From the NCBI GenBank assembly GCA_904063045.1, contig CAJFCJ010000005.1:2123988-2187987 (forward strand): a stretch of DNA of 64,000 nucleotides, given 5' to 3'. The notes under the pieces were generated by a model. It ran no database searches. It was not told the DNA's origin and worked only from the letters and a program-made list of their open reading frames with translations. The position numbers and the translations under genes are program-made. The stretch is from Dimorphilus gyrociliatus (Eukaryota > Animalia > Annelida). Numbering within the stretch: position 1 is the first letter of the stretch; each line of letters begins with the position of its first letter. Shown piece after piece: positions 13,112-25,151 of the stretch.

Positions 13112-16100
13112 ATGTCAATTTTAAAGCTTATTTTATATGTTTTACCGCTTTGCGGTGTGACATGCTTTCCTAATCCATCTGAGGATTATCCGCATAACAC
13201 CATTCTAAAAAGTCCAGATATTTATCGACTCTTTTGGAAAAATGAAGTAGATTCCATTACCTTTGAAATTCAGGTGAGGACTAAAGGATGGGTCGGCTTT
13301 GGTATATCTCCAAATGGTGGAATGGCTGGAAGCGATATATTTACGGCTTGGCTAGAAGATGGAAAGGTTATTCATCACGTAAGTATATAATTGTTTCAAT
13401 AAGAAATTGTTAGCATAAAACCAATACAAATATTCTTAGGACCGACATGCCTTGGGAACTTTTCGTCCTCTTAAAGATAAACTACAAGATTGGAATTTGA
13501 TATTTGGTAAAGAAATTGACAACTACTCAGTCTACAAATTCAGTCGTAAATACGAGACGTGCGATAAGGAGGGAGATAGAGACATTAAACTTGGAACGGT
13601 AAGGGTTATATGGTCGTATAATCCGGTTAGACCGTTTTCGGAGGAGCAAGATATCTTCTATCACGGATTTCTTAACCGAGGCACGGCGTCCTTAAACCTT
13701 CGGGTCAACGATCTAAAACAAAAGAGAGAAGATCTATTAAGAGATGCTTTCCCAGTAGAACTGACGGTTAAGAACTTCGTTTTACCTCATAATATTCACA
13801 CAACATACGTCTGCTCTTTTTATAATATTAATAGAATTTCTTTTAAACATCATGCCATTGCTGGTGAACCGATTCTAAACGCAAATGTACCGTCCAGACT
13901 TCACCATTTAATTGTCTATATTTGCAATCCGAAAGCGGCGAATTACAGTGCATATCTTGGAAAAGATTCCAATTGTCTGGATGTTAGGGATCTGGCCAAA
14001 CATTGTGACTCTTCTCTCTATGGTTGGGCTGTTGGAGGCACTACATACTATTTACCACCCCATGTCGGAATACCTGTAGGAGAAGAAGAGCTTATAGTAA
14101 TGACAGAAAGTCACTATGATAATAGCAATTTCCAAGAAGGAATTGTTGAGAATTCTGGATATCGTTTATGGTTTACTGATAATCTAAGGCAATATGATGG
14201 CACAATATTTGCAGTTGGCATCGAGGTCTCTCCCTTTCAGATTATACCTCCTAGGGAATCGAGTTTTACATCAATTGGCCATTGTCCAGCGGAATGTCTC
14301 AATGACGGATTTGACGAATCCGATGTTGAAGAAGTAAAGATTATTGGCTATTTACCTCATTCTCATCTCGTAGGCATTAGAATAAGATTAAGGATTTTTA
14401 GAGGGGATGAAGAACTTGAACCTATCGTAATTGAAAATTCGTACGATTTTGATTATCAAAACTTTTTACACCTTCAAACTGAAAGAGTATTAAAGAGAGG
14501 TGATAGGCTAGTGACCGAATGCGATTACAATACATTAAACCGTAAGGAAGAAACACTCGGTGGTTTAGCTACCGAAAATGAAATGTGTATAGTATTCTTA
14601 ACAGTCTATCCTAAGTTTGCAGTTAGAAAATGTGGCAGTCATCCAGCGACCAGTCAATTTGCTTCATTATACGACGATCCGGTCAAAAGAATTACTGATT
14701 GGAGTAATCCTCAAAAGAAGAAAATTGCTCAAGAGATAGCTTTAAGTAATGATATTGAATTGGAGTGTGACGGTAACGGTATCAAATTGAAATCGCATAG
14801 AAAGATTCTTTCGATGCCGTTGGTAAGCCATTTTTACGCCAAGATTGATACTTGCGATAGGTTCCCTATTCCTTCAGAAAAATATCCTCATAGCGTCGTT
14901 TTAAAAGAGCCTGACTTTTATAAAGTCTATTGGAAGGTTGTTGAAGATGTGATAACTTTTGAAATTCATGTGAAAACAAAAGGTTGGGCTGGGTTTGGTA
15001 TATCTCCCAACGGAAATATGATTGGAAGTGATGTAATTATGACATGGATGGGAGAGAACGGACTTAAATTTGACGATCGTCATATTGTAGGATATGTTGA
15101 ACCTCTTATCGATGATGTTCAAAATTGGCATCTCATTACTGGTAGAAGATACGGGGAATATTTGATTGTGAAATTCTATAGGGAATTAGATACTTGCGAT
15201 ATAGATGATATTGCTATTGGAGAAGCAACGACGCGAATTGTATGGTCGTACAGAAATGAAGTGGTTATCTCTGACGAGGCATTTTATCACGGATTTACTA
15301 GTAGAGGAACTAAAAGTGTCCACCTATTGGCGGACGAAACAGACGATCGCGACGGAAAACCAATAGAGGGGGCCTTCCCTTTTGATGTTAGAATAGCGAA
15401 CTTTTCTATTCCTCATACAGTTGACACATTTTACCGATGCGAAATTTTCAAACTTCCAGAATTAGACAAGAAGCATCATATAGTTGCTGTTGAAGCTATA
15501 GTAGATGAAAGGAATCCGTCAGTTCCTCATCATCTACTTCTTTATGGATGTAACGCAAATATAAATCTAACTGACGAAGATGTTGGTAAAGGATACGAGT
15601 GTTACAATCGAAAAGCGAACTATAACGGCCGCTACGATTCTTGCGAAGCCATACTATTTGTTTGGGCCATTGGAGGTAAACGTCAATATTTTCCGGACAA
15701 TGTTGGATACCCAGTAGGTAGAGACACTGATGTAAAATTTCTCAGACTGGAATTTCATTACGACAATCCATCATTTAAAAAGAATATTGTCGATACTTCT
15801 GGGTTAAGATTATGGTTGACTGATAAAATTCGAAAGGAAGATTTACAAACAATAGAAGTAGGCCATGTTGTAACACGTGCACAAGTAATACCTCCTATGA
15901 CTCCATTATTTGTATCCTTTGGGGCTTGTCCGTCCCAATGTCTTTCGGAGGCAATGGAAAGAGGAGGTGTAGAAGAAATCACTATCGTATCCATTCTGTT
16001 ACACGGCCATCTATTATCTAAAGCTTTAAAACTAAGACATTTCCGTAATGGAGTTGAACTTAAACCATTGGCCGATGATCCGTATTACGATTTCAATTTT

Positions 16101-16511
16101 CAAAGTTTTGTGTCATTGAAGGAGCCTCGAAAAGTACGAAAAGGAGATTGGTTGCTCCTCGAATGCGACTATGATTCTTCGGATAGGATGAAGGTTACTC
16201 GTGGTGGCTTGGGAACTAGAGACGAAATGTGCATTGCTTTCCTTACGTCATACCCTAATATACCTTTGTCACATTGTCTTTCGCATCCGCAAATCCCTGA
16301 ACTAACCAAGATAGGTAAGTTAGAGGAGTTGATATGGACGAGGGACATAATTGAACAGCATCAAATGAATGTTGCAACACCAAACGTTACCATTAAATGC
16401 AACCACGGAAGTATATTACATCCTATTGATACGAAAGATATAACTTTGCCATCAGTAAACGAAGAATACACACTACCGAATTCAACATGCCAACTTAACG
16501 GTCAAGCTTAA
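13112..16511 (+). CDS. MOXD1/DBH-like monooxygenase, copy B: two tandem DOMON-monooxygenase modules, about 1112 aa, one intron (13379-13439), no hydrophobic tail
   Basis: Exon 1 13112-13378 (signal peptide, DOMON start) joins a 3072-nt exon 13440-16511; module 1 LHH/ESHYDN/PHSH/NEMC; module 2 PHH/EFHYDN/LHGH/DEMC; linker CDRFPIPSEKYP; ends CQLNGQA*. Confidence 0.93.
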
Positions 16512-18012
16512 AGGTTGAAAAAGATTTTAATGCTCATTTTAAACGTATTTATTAAAGATAGAGTATAATCTTTGTTTTTGTGAATTATTTAACTAATACT
16601 TTGCAAAAGTAGGATGTGAAAAATATCTCTATTTCAAGAAGAAAACATTTCATGTGAATTTTAACGCACTTATATAATACAAGCAGATTTTTAAACATTG
16701 AGATAAAGAAAAACTTGTCAATAGCATTTTATAGAAAGCGTTTACGGTAGTCCAATTGTTGAGGGAACTATATAGATCTTCTCTCTAATATAGATTCACC
16801 ATGGGGTACACTACTACTTTCCAGTTATTATCACTTCATATCTCTTGGGTAAATTTCATTTTAAACTTATATAAATCGATTAATCGAGCAATATTGGCGA
16901 AATAATCAATAAATTTGATAGAATTTATGAATAAATACAAAAACTTAAGACTTGTAAAAAGGAGTATTAAACATAGGTAAGACGGTGGAAAAAGGACGTT
17001 GTTCACATAGGGTTCAGAATATGTAACTGTTACTCCCCTTATGAGTATGAATAATGAAGTTAGGCATACGATATATGGTCAAGCTTCTGCTTTAGATATT
17101 GCAATTGCTCAAAACATTTGGTCTCATTGTTGCTATGATATGAGAGAGCGAAAAAAAAGCTATTATCTAAGGGGCATTTAGGGGCGAGGCGATTTATTGA
17201 TTTAGGGATAAGTTTATCTTAAAAGCAAGACTTCCTTTGCATTTATCTAATTCAACGTAACACTTTCAATATGTATATATCTGTATGTCAAAAATTGTAA
17301 ACAGTCTATTAAAATAAAGTCGCTACTTGTGTGACTATTTCAAAGGAAAGGAAAATAAAATATATATATAGAAGAATGAGGTCAGACATATGCAATAATT
17401 TCTACAATTATATATAAGGGAATAGCGTAAATTGAATGATTAATAAATCTAAGTTTTCATAATTACATTTTCTATCTAATTAGAGAAAACGAAATTATTT
17501 CACCTCTGTACTTTTCTTTCTATTGTTTTTATTCCCTTTTTCAACTTTTTTTCAACCCCGAATTTAATGAAATAGAAAAGAATTGAAAACAAAACTATTC
17601 AATTTTCTTATCGATAAATAATAATTAAATATATAAATGTATTAAAATAATAAGAATAGGAAAGTGTTGATCTATTTTCGAATTATGAATATTCAAGAAA
17701 ATAAAAACTGAATTCATTGTTGAAGACTGCTTGAAATATAGTCTATTATGAATAGAATTTACTTTACCCTACCACTAACATTCGATATTTTTATGAGTAA
17801 CATTTTCGATTGGTTGTTATTGAAAATTTTATTTTGAGATTATCAATATATCTATTTATTGCTTGTTGTTTCCTTTTCAACAATAACGCCATAAAATATA
17901 AAATTATTGTTGTTAAAATACTCTTCAGATGGCGTTGTCTTCGTTCTGCATTTCCTATTAAAGAAATATTAATATTGAAGATTTTTAGCTTTGGAAGAAA
18001 TTCTACCTCGTC

Positions 18013-21000
18013 ATGAGTAAACTTGTAATTCTTTACTGCTTTGTAGTTCTGAAGTTAATAAATGCTTTTCCAAACCCAACTGAGACTTATTCATATGGAA
18101 CTGTACTAAGAGATCCTGATATATATAGGGTATTCTGGAAGGAGGATGGTCATTCCATTACGTTTGAGCTTCATGTAAAAAACAAAGGTGGATGGGTAGG
18201 CTTTGGAATTTCTCCAAATGGAGGAATGAAAGGTAGCGATATATTTACTGCAAAACTTGTAAATGGTCAATTAACTTTCGAGGTAAGGCGTGCTTTCTCT
18301 TAAAACGTTATTGATAATATATTAATATTTCATTCGAACAAATAGGATCGCCATGCCGTCGCAAAGTCAAAACCAATTAAAGATAAATTACAAGACTGGG
18401 AAGTTATTGTTGCGAAGGAGGTCGGTGATCATGTCATATATAAGATAAAGAGAAAGCTACAAACTTGTGATCCAGAAGAGGACAGGGAAATAAAGGTAAA
18501 TAGTACGTCAACAAAACTTGAATGACTGTTATAGGAGGTTACTATTCAAAAGCCCGGAACTGTGCGTTTAATATGGGCGTATGGTTCAATAACTTCTGGA
18601 ACAGATTACTTAACCCAACATAGCGATTCAACAAAGAGAGGAACTAGGAGCGTTCAACTTATAGCAGGTGAAATTCCCGAGAAGAAACTACCAGATGGAC
18701 TTAAAACTATAGATATTAAAGTGAACAATGTAGGATTATGAAATATATTTTATTATAACTTTGTTACTTTAGCTATTTATTCCATTTTTTAGTTTACTCT
18801 ACCGAAGAATAGAGATACCTTTTATCGATGTGAAATAGTGAAACTGCCAAAACTTCCTGGCAAGCGTCACATAGTTGCTGTAAGAAATAAAATTGTATAT
18901 ATTATCCATAACTGTTGCTAATATGATAAATGCTATAGTTCGAACCTATATTCGATACGAAACATCCGGAAATTCTACATCATATATTCCTTTTTGGGTG
19001 CAATAATTATCTAAATATAAACGACAGTCATACCGGAAGTGACTATGAATGCTATACAGATCAGACTAATATGGGTACTTCGAGGGATCGTTGTAACATA
19101 GTTATGCTGGCTTGGGGTGTAGGTGGACAGGTAAGTTTGCGATAGAGCGAAGAAGGATAGATAGTTTCACTATTTTATTATTATCCTATAGAGATACGTA
19201 GTACCTGATGAAGTTGGTTTTCCAATTGGAAGAGATGAAGACCCCTCTTACATTAGATTCGAAATGCACTACGATAATCCAGGACTCAAGGAAAATATAG
19301 TCGACAATTCTGGATTTCGTTTATTTTATACTGACAAACTACGCAAATACGATACAAGCGTTTTGGAAGTTGGACATAAAGTTACCCGGTTCCAAATCGT
19401 TCCACCGAACGTTCAAGATTTTGTTACCTTTGGAAAGTGTCCATCCGAATGTTTGGAGGAGGTAAAAAGAAACAATAGCACATTAGTCTATAAAAAGTTT
19501 AAGCTACATTTCTCTTTAAAAAGGTCTTTGACAAAGCCGGTCTAGAAGAAGTTACAGTATTCGCCTCTATCCTTCACGCTCATATTAAAGGTGTTAAAAT
19601 AAAGCTAAAGATATTTAGAGGTGATAAGGAATTAGAGCCACTGATGGAAGAATCAACATACGATTTCAATTATCAAGATATAATAAACCTACCAAAATTA
19701 AGAAAAATACGAAAAGTTTGTTGATAATAGTCCTATCTCATCTATAATTTATTAATAATAAATAAATATTTTGCTATAGGGAGATCGTTTAACAGTAGAG
19801 TGTACATATGATACTTTGGGAGAAAATCAGGCCGTACTTGTAAGAAAACCTTTATTTTTTATATTAAAAATACATTAAAACTTAAATTTTTCAAAGGGTG
19901 GCCAATCGACAAGACAAGAGATGTGCTTAGCTTTTATTAGCTACTATCCCGCTCTACCAATATCTAAATGCGTCAGTGAGCCTATACGTGCTAAAACTGC
20001 TCCAATATATCAAAGTATTAAGGGAGGAACTATTGATTGGACAAGAAATAATCAAATAGAAATTCAACGAGAAATAGCGAACAGTGAAGAAGTTCAAGTT
20101 TATTGTGACAATGGACAGATTCGCTATAAGGTAATATCTTTAATATTTAAAAAAGTTAACAACGTTTATCCTAAAGAAACGTATATGCCCTCAAACAGGT
20201 TGATGATACAAAGATAACAGTATCCAATAACTATGTACCCTACACTAAACCTAATCTTTGCGATGGATTTCCAAGTAAAAATCTTTTATATTTCTCATTC
20301 AATATATATACAATATATAGCAAATACATATAGCTATATATACATGTTGTCTGGCTTATTTTGAGGGCTTGTATACAGAGAATTGTATTCAATATATGTT
20401 GATCAGGTTCAGAATCAGGGACTATTATTCACACTCAGATTTTCTTTTGTAGTGCCTTCTGAAAAATACCCTTTCAGTGAAATCCTTAAAGAACCTAATG
20501 TATACAAAGTCTATTGGAAAGTCGTAAAAGAAATGATTACGTTTGAAATTCAAGTGAAAACTAAAGGATGGGTTGGTTTTGGAATCTCTCCAAATGGAAA
20601 TATGAAGGGTAGCGACGTTATTATGGCATGGATGGCAAATGGCAAATTTCACTTACAGGCAAATACATTAATACATTATATTTAGTTTGCTTCTTTAGAC
20701 GTTATAAAATCAATTTTCTTATTCATTAAATTTATATAGGATCGTCACGCAGTTGCAAAAAGTGAGCCTGTATTAGATAAGAAACAAGACTGGAAACTTA
20801 TTTGGGGTAAAACCTATCATGAATTTTCAATATACAAATTTGAAAGAAAGTTGAAAACCTGTGACGAGGAAGATATTGATATTGGTGTAAGTGATATGTT
20901 TAGTTTTAGATATTTTCAGGGATTTGAATAGAATGTGTGTAACACTGTTAGTGAAAACTGTACTTGAATTAAGATAGGCTTTTAATTGTAGCCTTTTTTA

Positions 21001-22828
21001 TTATATATTGGTATTTCTCTCACAGACTGGTACGACTAGGCTTATTTGGTCGTACAGTACAGCCCTTATGGGCGAAGGAGACAATTTTGTCGGCCATGCA
21101 ACAACCAATCGTGGAACTAAAAGTGTTCTACTGTTAAACACTAAATCTGAAAAGAGTGATGAAATGAAACTAGCGGATAGTGAACCTATTGATTTCAGAA
21201 TAGGAAACGTACGTTTACTTGAAACGTATTATAGCTATTTTATAGTTAATGTATTGTATTTCAGTTCTCTTTACCATCGGACGTTAGCACTTATTATAGA
21301 TGCGAAATGTTTAAACTTCCCGATTTAACAAAGAAACATCATATCATTGCGGTAATATATTCTAAAACAAATTTTAATTCCCTACGATTATCAATTCTTA
21401 TTTTCTAGGCTGAACCAATAATCGATACCCGCCACCCCTCCCTACTTCATCATATTTTCATTTATGGTTGTGGTCATGATCATGAAATCAAGGACGAACA
21501 CGTTGGTCAAGGGTATCGATGTGGTAGTGATGAAATAAATATGGCTGGTCAGTTTGATCAATGTAATATTGTATTTTTCGCTTGGGCAGTTGGTGGCAGT
21601 GTATGATATTATTTAATATGCTCTTCTATTTCAAACACTTGACAATGTTCTTAATTATCAGTTGTTGTTTCTTTCAGAGGTTCTTCTTCCCCGATGATGT
21701 TGGACTACCAATAGGTTCTAGTGGTGATTCAAAATATTTTAGAATGGAAGTGCACTACGACAATCCAAGTTTTCAAGAGAATGTTACCGATACTTCTGGC
21801 ATACGCTTCTGGATAACTGATAAAGTGAGAAAGAATGATCTTAGAATTATGGAAGTTGGACACGACGTTACACCTAAACAAATTATTCCACCAAGAAGCT
21901 CAAATTTCCTTACTGTCGGATCATGCCCTGAACAGTGTTTAAGCAAGGTCCGCAAGTTTCTTGTATATAGTATAATTTAAATTACTTTTCCTACTAATTG
22001 ATAGGCATTTGAGGCATCCGGAAGAGAAGAGGTTACTATTTTCTTAGCCTTACTACATGCTCATTTAAAGGGTGTTAGAATGAAATTAAGACACTTTAGA
22101 GATGGTGTTGAATTGGAACCAATCAATTATGAAAAAAGCTACGATTTCAATTTCCAAGAATACAGTTTACTACCAAAGTTTAGAACATTAAAAAAGGTTA
22201 CTTTTAACAAGTCTTTAATATATTCTTTTAATTTTCTTCAATCCTTCCCCTCCCTCTTCCACCTTTTTAGAATGATAGATTAGTTGCTGAATGTACATAT
22301 GACTCATCAAACGACGATAAACCCACTTTTGGAGGCCTCGCAACGGAAAATGAAATGTGTTTAGCGTACGTTGCACATTATCCACCTATTCAGCTATCAA
22401 GATGCCATACCCAACCTGCCAACTTAAAATATTCCATACGTCAGAAGGATAGCATTGATTGGTTGGATGAAAAAGTTAAAGCAGATCTACAAAAATCGGC
22501 TAAATCTAGAGATGTTGACATAACTTGTTCTAATGGCAAAGTCTACTACTTATCAAAGGTAAAACGAAATCTTACATCAATTTTGTTTTTTATAAAAAAA
22601 AATAATAAAAAACTAATTAAGTGTAAAAAAATTAAATGACTTTTTGCGTATTTTCAGGACCAAAGCAGAAATGTAACACTTGAACCATATAAGAAAGAAT
22701 ATAAAGCTCCAAATCTATGCGACAAAAAGGAACCAGGTCCGAATGATTCGTCAAGAGCTTTTGTTAACTCTTTTCTATTTTCCATTTTATGTATTTTCTA
22801 TACTGTTAAACTCTCGATGAATTATTAG
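18013..22828 (+). CDS. MOXD1/DBH-like monooxygenase, copy C: two tandem DOMON-monooxygenase modules, 19 exons, C-terminal hydrophobic tail
   Basis: Module 1 LHH/EMHYDN/LHAH/QEMC; module 2 LHH/EVHYDN/LHAH/NEMC; modules joined through phase-1 intron 20275-20452 giving CDGFPMPSEKYP, matching the copy B linker; one GC-AG intron 20659-20739; ends FLFSILCIFYTVKLSMNY*. Confidence 0.88.
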
Positions 22829-23504
22829 ATATCTTTCTCTTATAAACGTTACTTTTATATCAATTTTAGATGAGTTTCTTTTTTTTCACTAAAGGAACGA
22901 GGGCGCCATCTTACTGTTGGCGCTTTTATTTTTATTATCCCTAACAAAACTTTTATATATATATAAAATAGTTAATATGCATTCAGGGGGTTTTTTTTGG
23001 AGTCGTGTCATGGACGGGTCATCAAATATATTGTATAGTTTCTGTTTGCTTGTTTGTTTCCTTCTTTCTCTTCTATTACTTCCGTTAACTATTCAAATTT
23101 TTGCTGTAGTAAAAGATTGTAAAATAAAGATAAGAAATACAAGTTTTACATTATTTTATTCTTTTGCATATAATATATATATTTCCAAAGAAATGACACA
23201 TATTATACAGTATATAAACTATATATACATGGAATAATAATAATCGGAAAACTGGTAGGAAATATTCACCAGCTCAATAATAAGTTTGTCAGCATTTTCA
23301 ACATTTAAACGAAAAATTAAAGCCATTTTTTAATAAATAATATTCAATAAAAGTACAAAAAATTTTTTTACAAATATTCTATTATGAAATATTGAGAAAT
23401 TAGAAGAAATTGGAAAGGAAAGGGAAGAGAGGAATGAATACAAAATTGAAATGAATTTATTACATAGTTAATTATATATTTGTTTTATTTTTGAGCGAAA
23501 AGTT

Positions 23505-23533
23505 GGGGTGGGAGGGGGAAAGGGAGGGCTGGG
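23505..23533 (+). other. G-quadruplex-forming motif (six G-runs)
   Basis: GGGG-T-GGG-A-GGGGG-AAA-GGG-A-GGG-CT-GGG in otherwise AT-rich DNA. Confidence 0.6.
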
Positions 23534-24128
23534 ATACTTTGAAGCACCGAAGGAAATACGGAAAAAAACAAGAGGGCGTTACTGATACTAGTTAGTTTCG
23601 TAGAGTTTTTCGAATAAAAATCTGAGTTCCGTTGGAGGCAGTCTTTTACAGCTTTTACACTTGAAGCATCAAGAACGTTGAATTTCAAAACTTTGGAAGA
23701 GTCAACGCAACCTTTCATCATTTGAAATAGTGTTTGGAAGTTTCTGCAAGCTTCTTCCAAGTATTCCCTTAAAAGGAACCTGGAAGAAATCGAACAGGCA
23801 AGTATTTAAGAAAAGTTCGGGGTATTGGCAAAGCCCAGCTAAAGCTATAAGTAATTTGGCATCGTTTGAAGCGAATTGCTTGTAATACAATTGAAAAAGT
23901 AGTTTGCAAGCTACTTTTTTTTGAAAAATTCTCTGATAAGGCTAAAGATTAGCTGTGAATTTTCCACGATCCCTTTGGTCCACGTAGAACGGACGTGCGT
24001 AACAACCGCCAACGTAGCAGCAGCCGACGGGGATAAAAAATAATTTTGTGACACTGCTCAAACGTGGTTAAGTGCTCTCGGACTACGCAACGTTGATAAA
24101 ACGTGTTAGTCTACAACCGATTACGACA

Positions 24129-25151
24129 ATGAACGGTACCGTTTTGGCAGAGAACATTGGAGAAAGTCCAGAAATTGTTAGAAAAGAGGAAGCTAAAGTA
24201 GAAGTTAAGGAGGAAGAAAATGTAGACGATAGTAGCGCCGATAGCGAAGAAGATTCCGACGAAGATGGCGGGGAAGATCAAGCAATACGACAAGCAAAGT
24301 TGGAAAAGACGAAGAAAGTCTTGGGCAGCCGTCGCGTAATGCATATAAAGTATGGAGAATTTACACTAACTGTGTTGAAAGATATTGATAGACGACTTGG
24401 AATTGTTCAGGAAGCTCTTATGACGGAGATTAATTATATTTTAGAAACTGACCGAATTAATTGTCGTAACCGCCAGGGGTTTTATAAAATTTTATACGGA
24501 GCTCAGCATCAAATTGACGAGCTACGCCTTCAAGTTCAACAACTTAGCCAAATTTGTAAGGAAAAACAGAATCATCGAAGTACTACTAATCTAGAATCAA
24601 GCGATGAGGAGGAGGCTAGTTCATTCCTATTCTCGGAAACGATTGTTAGAGCATTTACGGAAAGTGACGACGGCTATACTGCAAATATCAGCTTAGGAGA
24701 TATTGATAAAGCTAAGGCAATGGATTCTACTCGAAAGAGAAATGTTAACGAAAATATGACTGATTTACCTAGAAAAAAATCAAAGAATGACGAAAAACAA
24801 ACTACTCACGACAAACAGGAAAAAAGTGAAAATAAAGATACTTCCATTGATGAAAATACCGCAAATGCTAAAAATTATTTTTCTAAAGGATTTAATCTTC
24901 TTGGTATTAAACATTTGGAACACCTCCGAAATATTTTGGAACGTACTCTAATTGATCAAACTGAAGAAGAATTTCAAAGAAATTTAAGCGAGGTATGCGT
25001 ACACAATGCGGAAATTCGTCAAAATGCTTTAATTAGCCAAAGGATTGAACGTTTGCGTAACATCACTCACTTGATGACACATTTGATGGATTTAATGGAA
25101 TATATTGTTCAGAGCGCAATAACGATTCTAACGATACCGAGTGAAGAATAA
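24129..25151 (+). CDS. Intronless hypothetical protein, about 340 aa from the first ATG (ORF track starts at GTG 24072); acidic/low-complexity segments and predicted coiled coils
   Basis: Over 1 kb open frame in AT-rich DNA; acidic tracts DDSSADSEEDSDEDGGED and ESSDEEE; no recognisable domain. Confidence 0.65.
   Translation: MNGTVLAENIGESPEIVRKEEAKVEVKEEENVDDSSADSEEDSDEDGGEDQAIRQAKLEKTKKVLGSRRVMHIKYGEFTLTVLKDIDRRLGIVQEALMTEINYILETDRINCRNRQGFYKILYGAQHQIDELRLQVQQLSQICKEKQNHRSTTNLESSDEEEASSFLFSETIVRAFTESDDGYTANISLGDIDKAKAMDSTRKRNVNENMTDLPRKKSKNDEKQTTHDKQEKSENKDTSIDENTANAKNYFSKGFNLLGIKHLEHLRNILERTLIDQTEEEFQRNLSEVCVHNAEIRQNALISQRIERLRNITHLMTHLMDLMEYIVQSAITILTIPSEE

Noticed and set aside
16511-16620. 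Poly(A) tail or target-site duplication after monooxygenase B (classical retrocopy)
   Set aside because: None visible, and the gene keeps its first intron and cluster position
22983-23024. Minus-strand TGATGA...CTGA as a C/D snoRNA
   Set aside because: The boxes are only about 41 nt apart, too short, with no terminal stem
23485-23890. Two overlapping minus-strand ORFs with a good acceptor at 23780 (possible exon 23779-23485)
   Set aside because: No upstream exon or ATG and no recognisable homology; the C-terminus is the translation of the G-rich tract. Left unannotated pending RNA-seq
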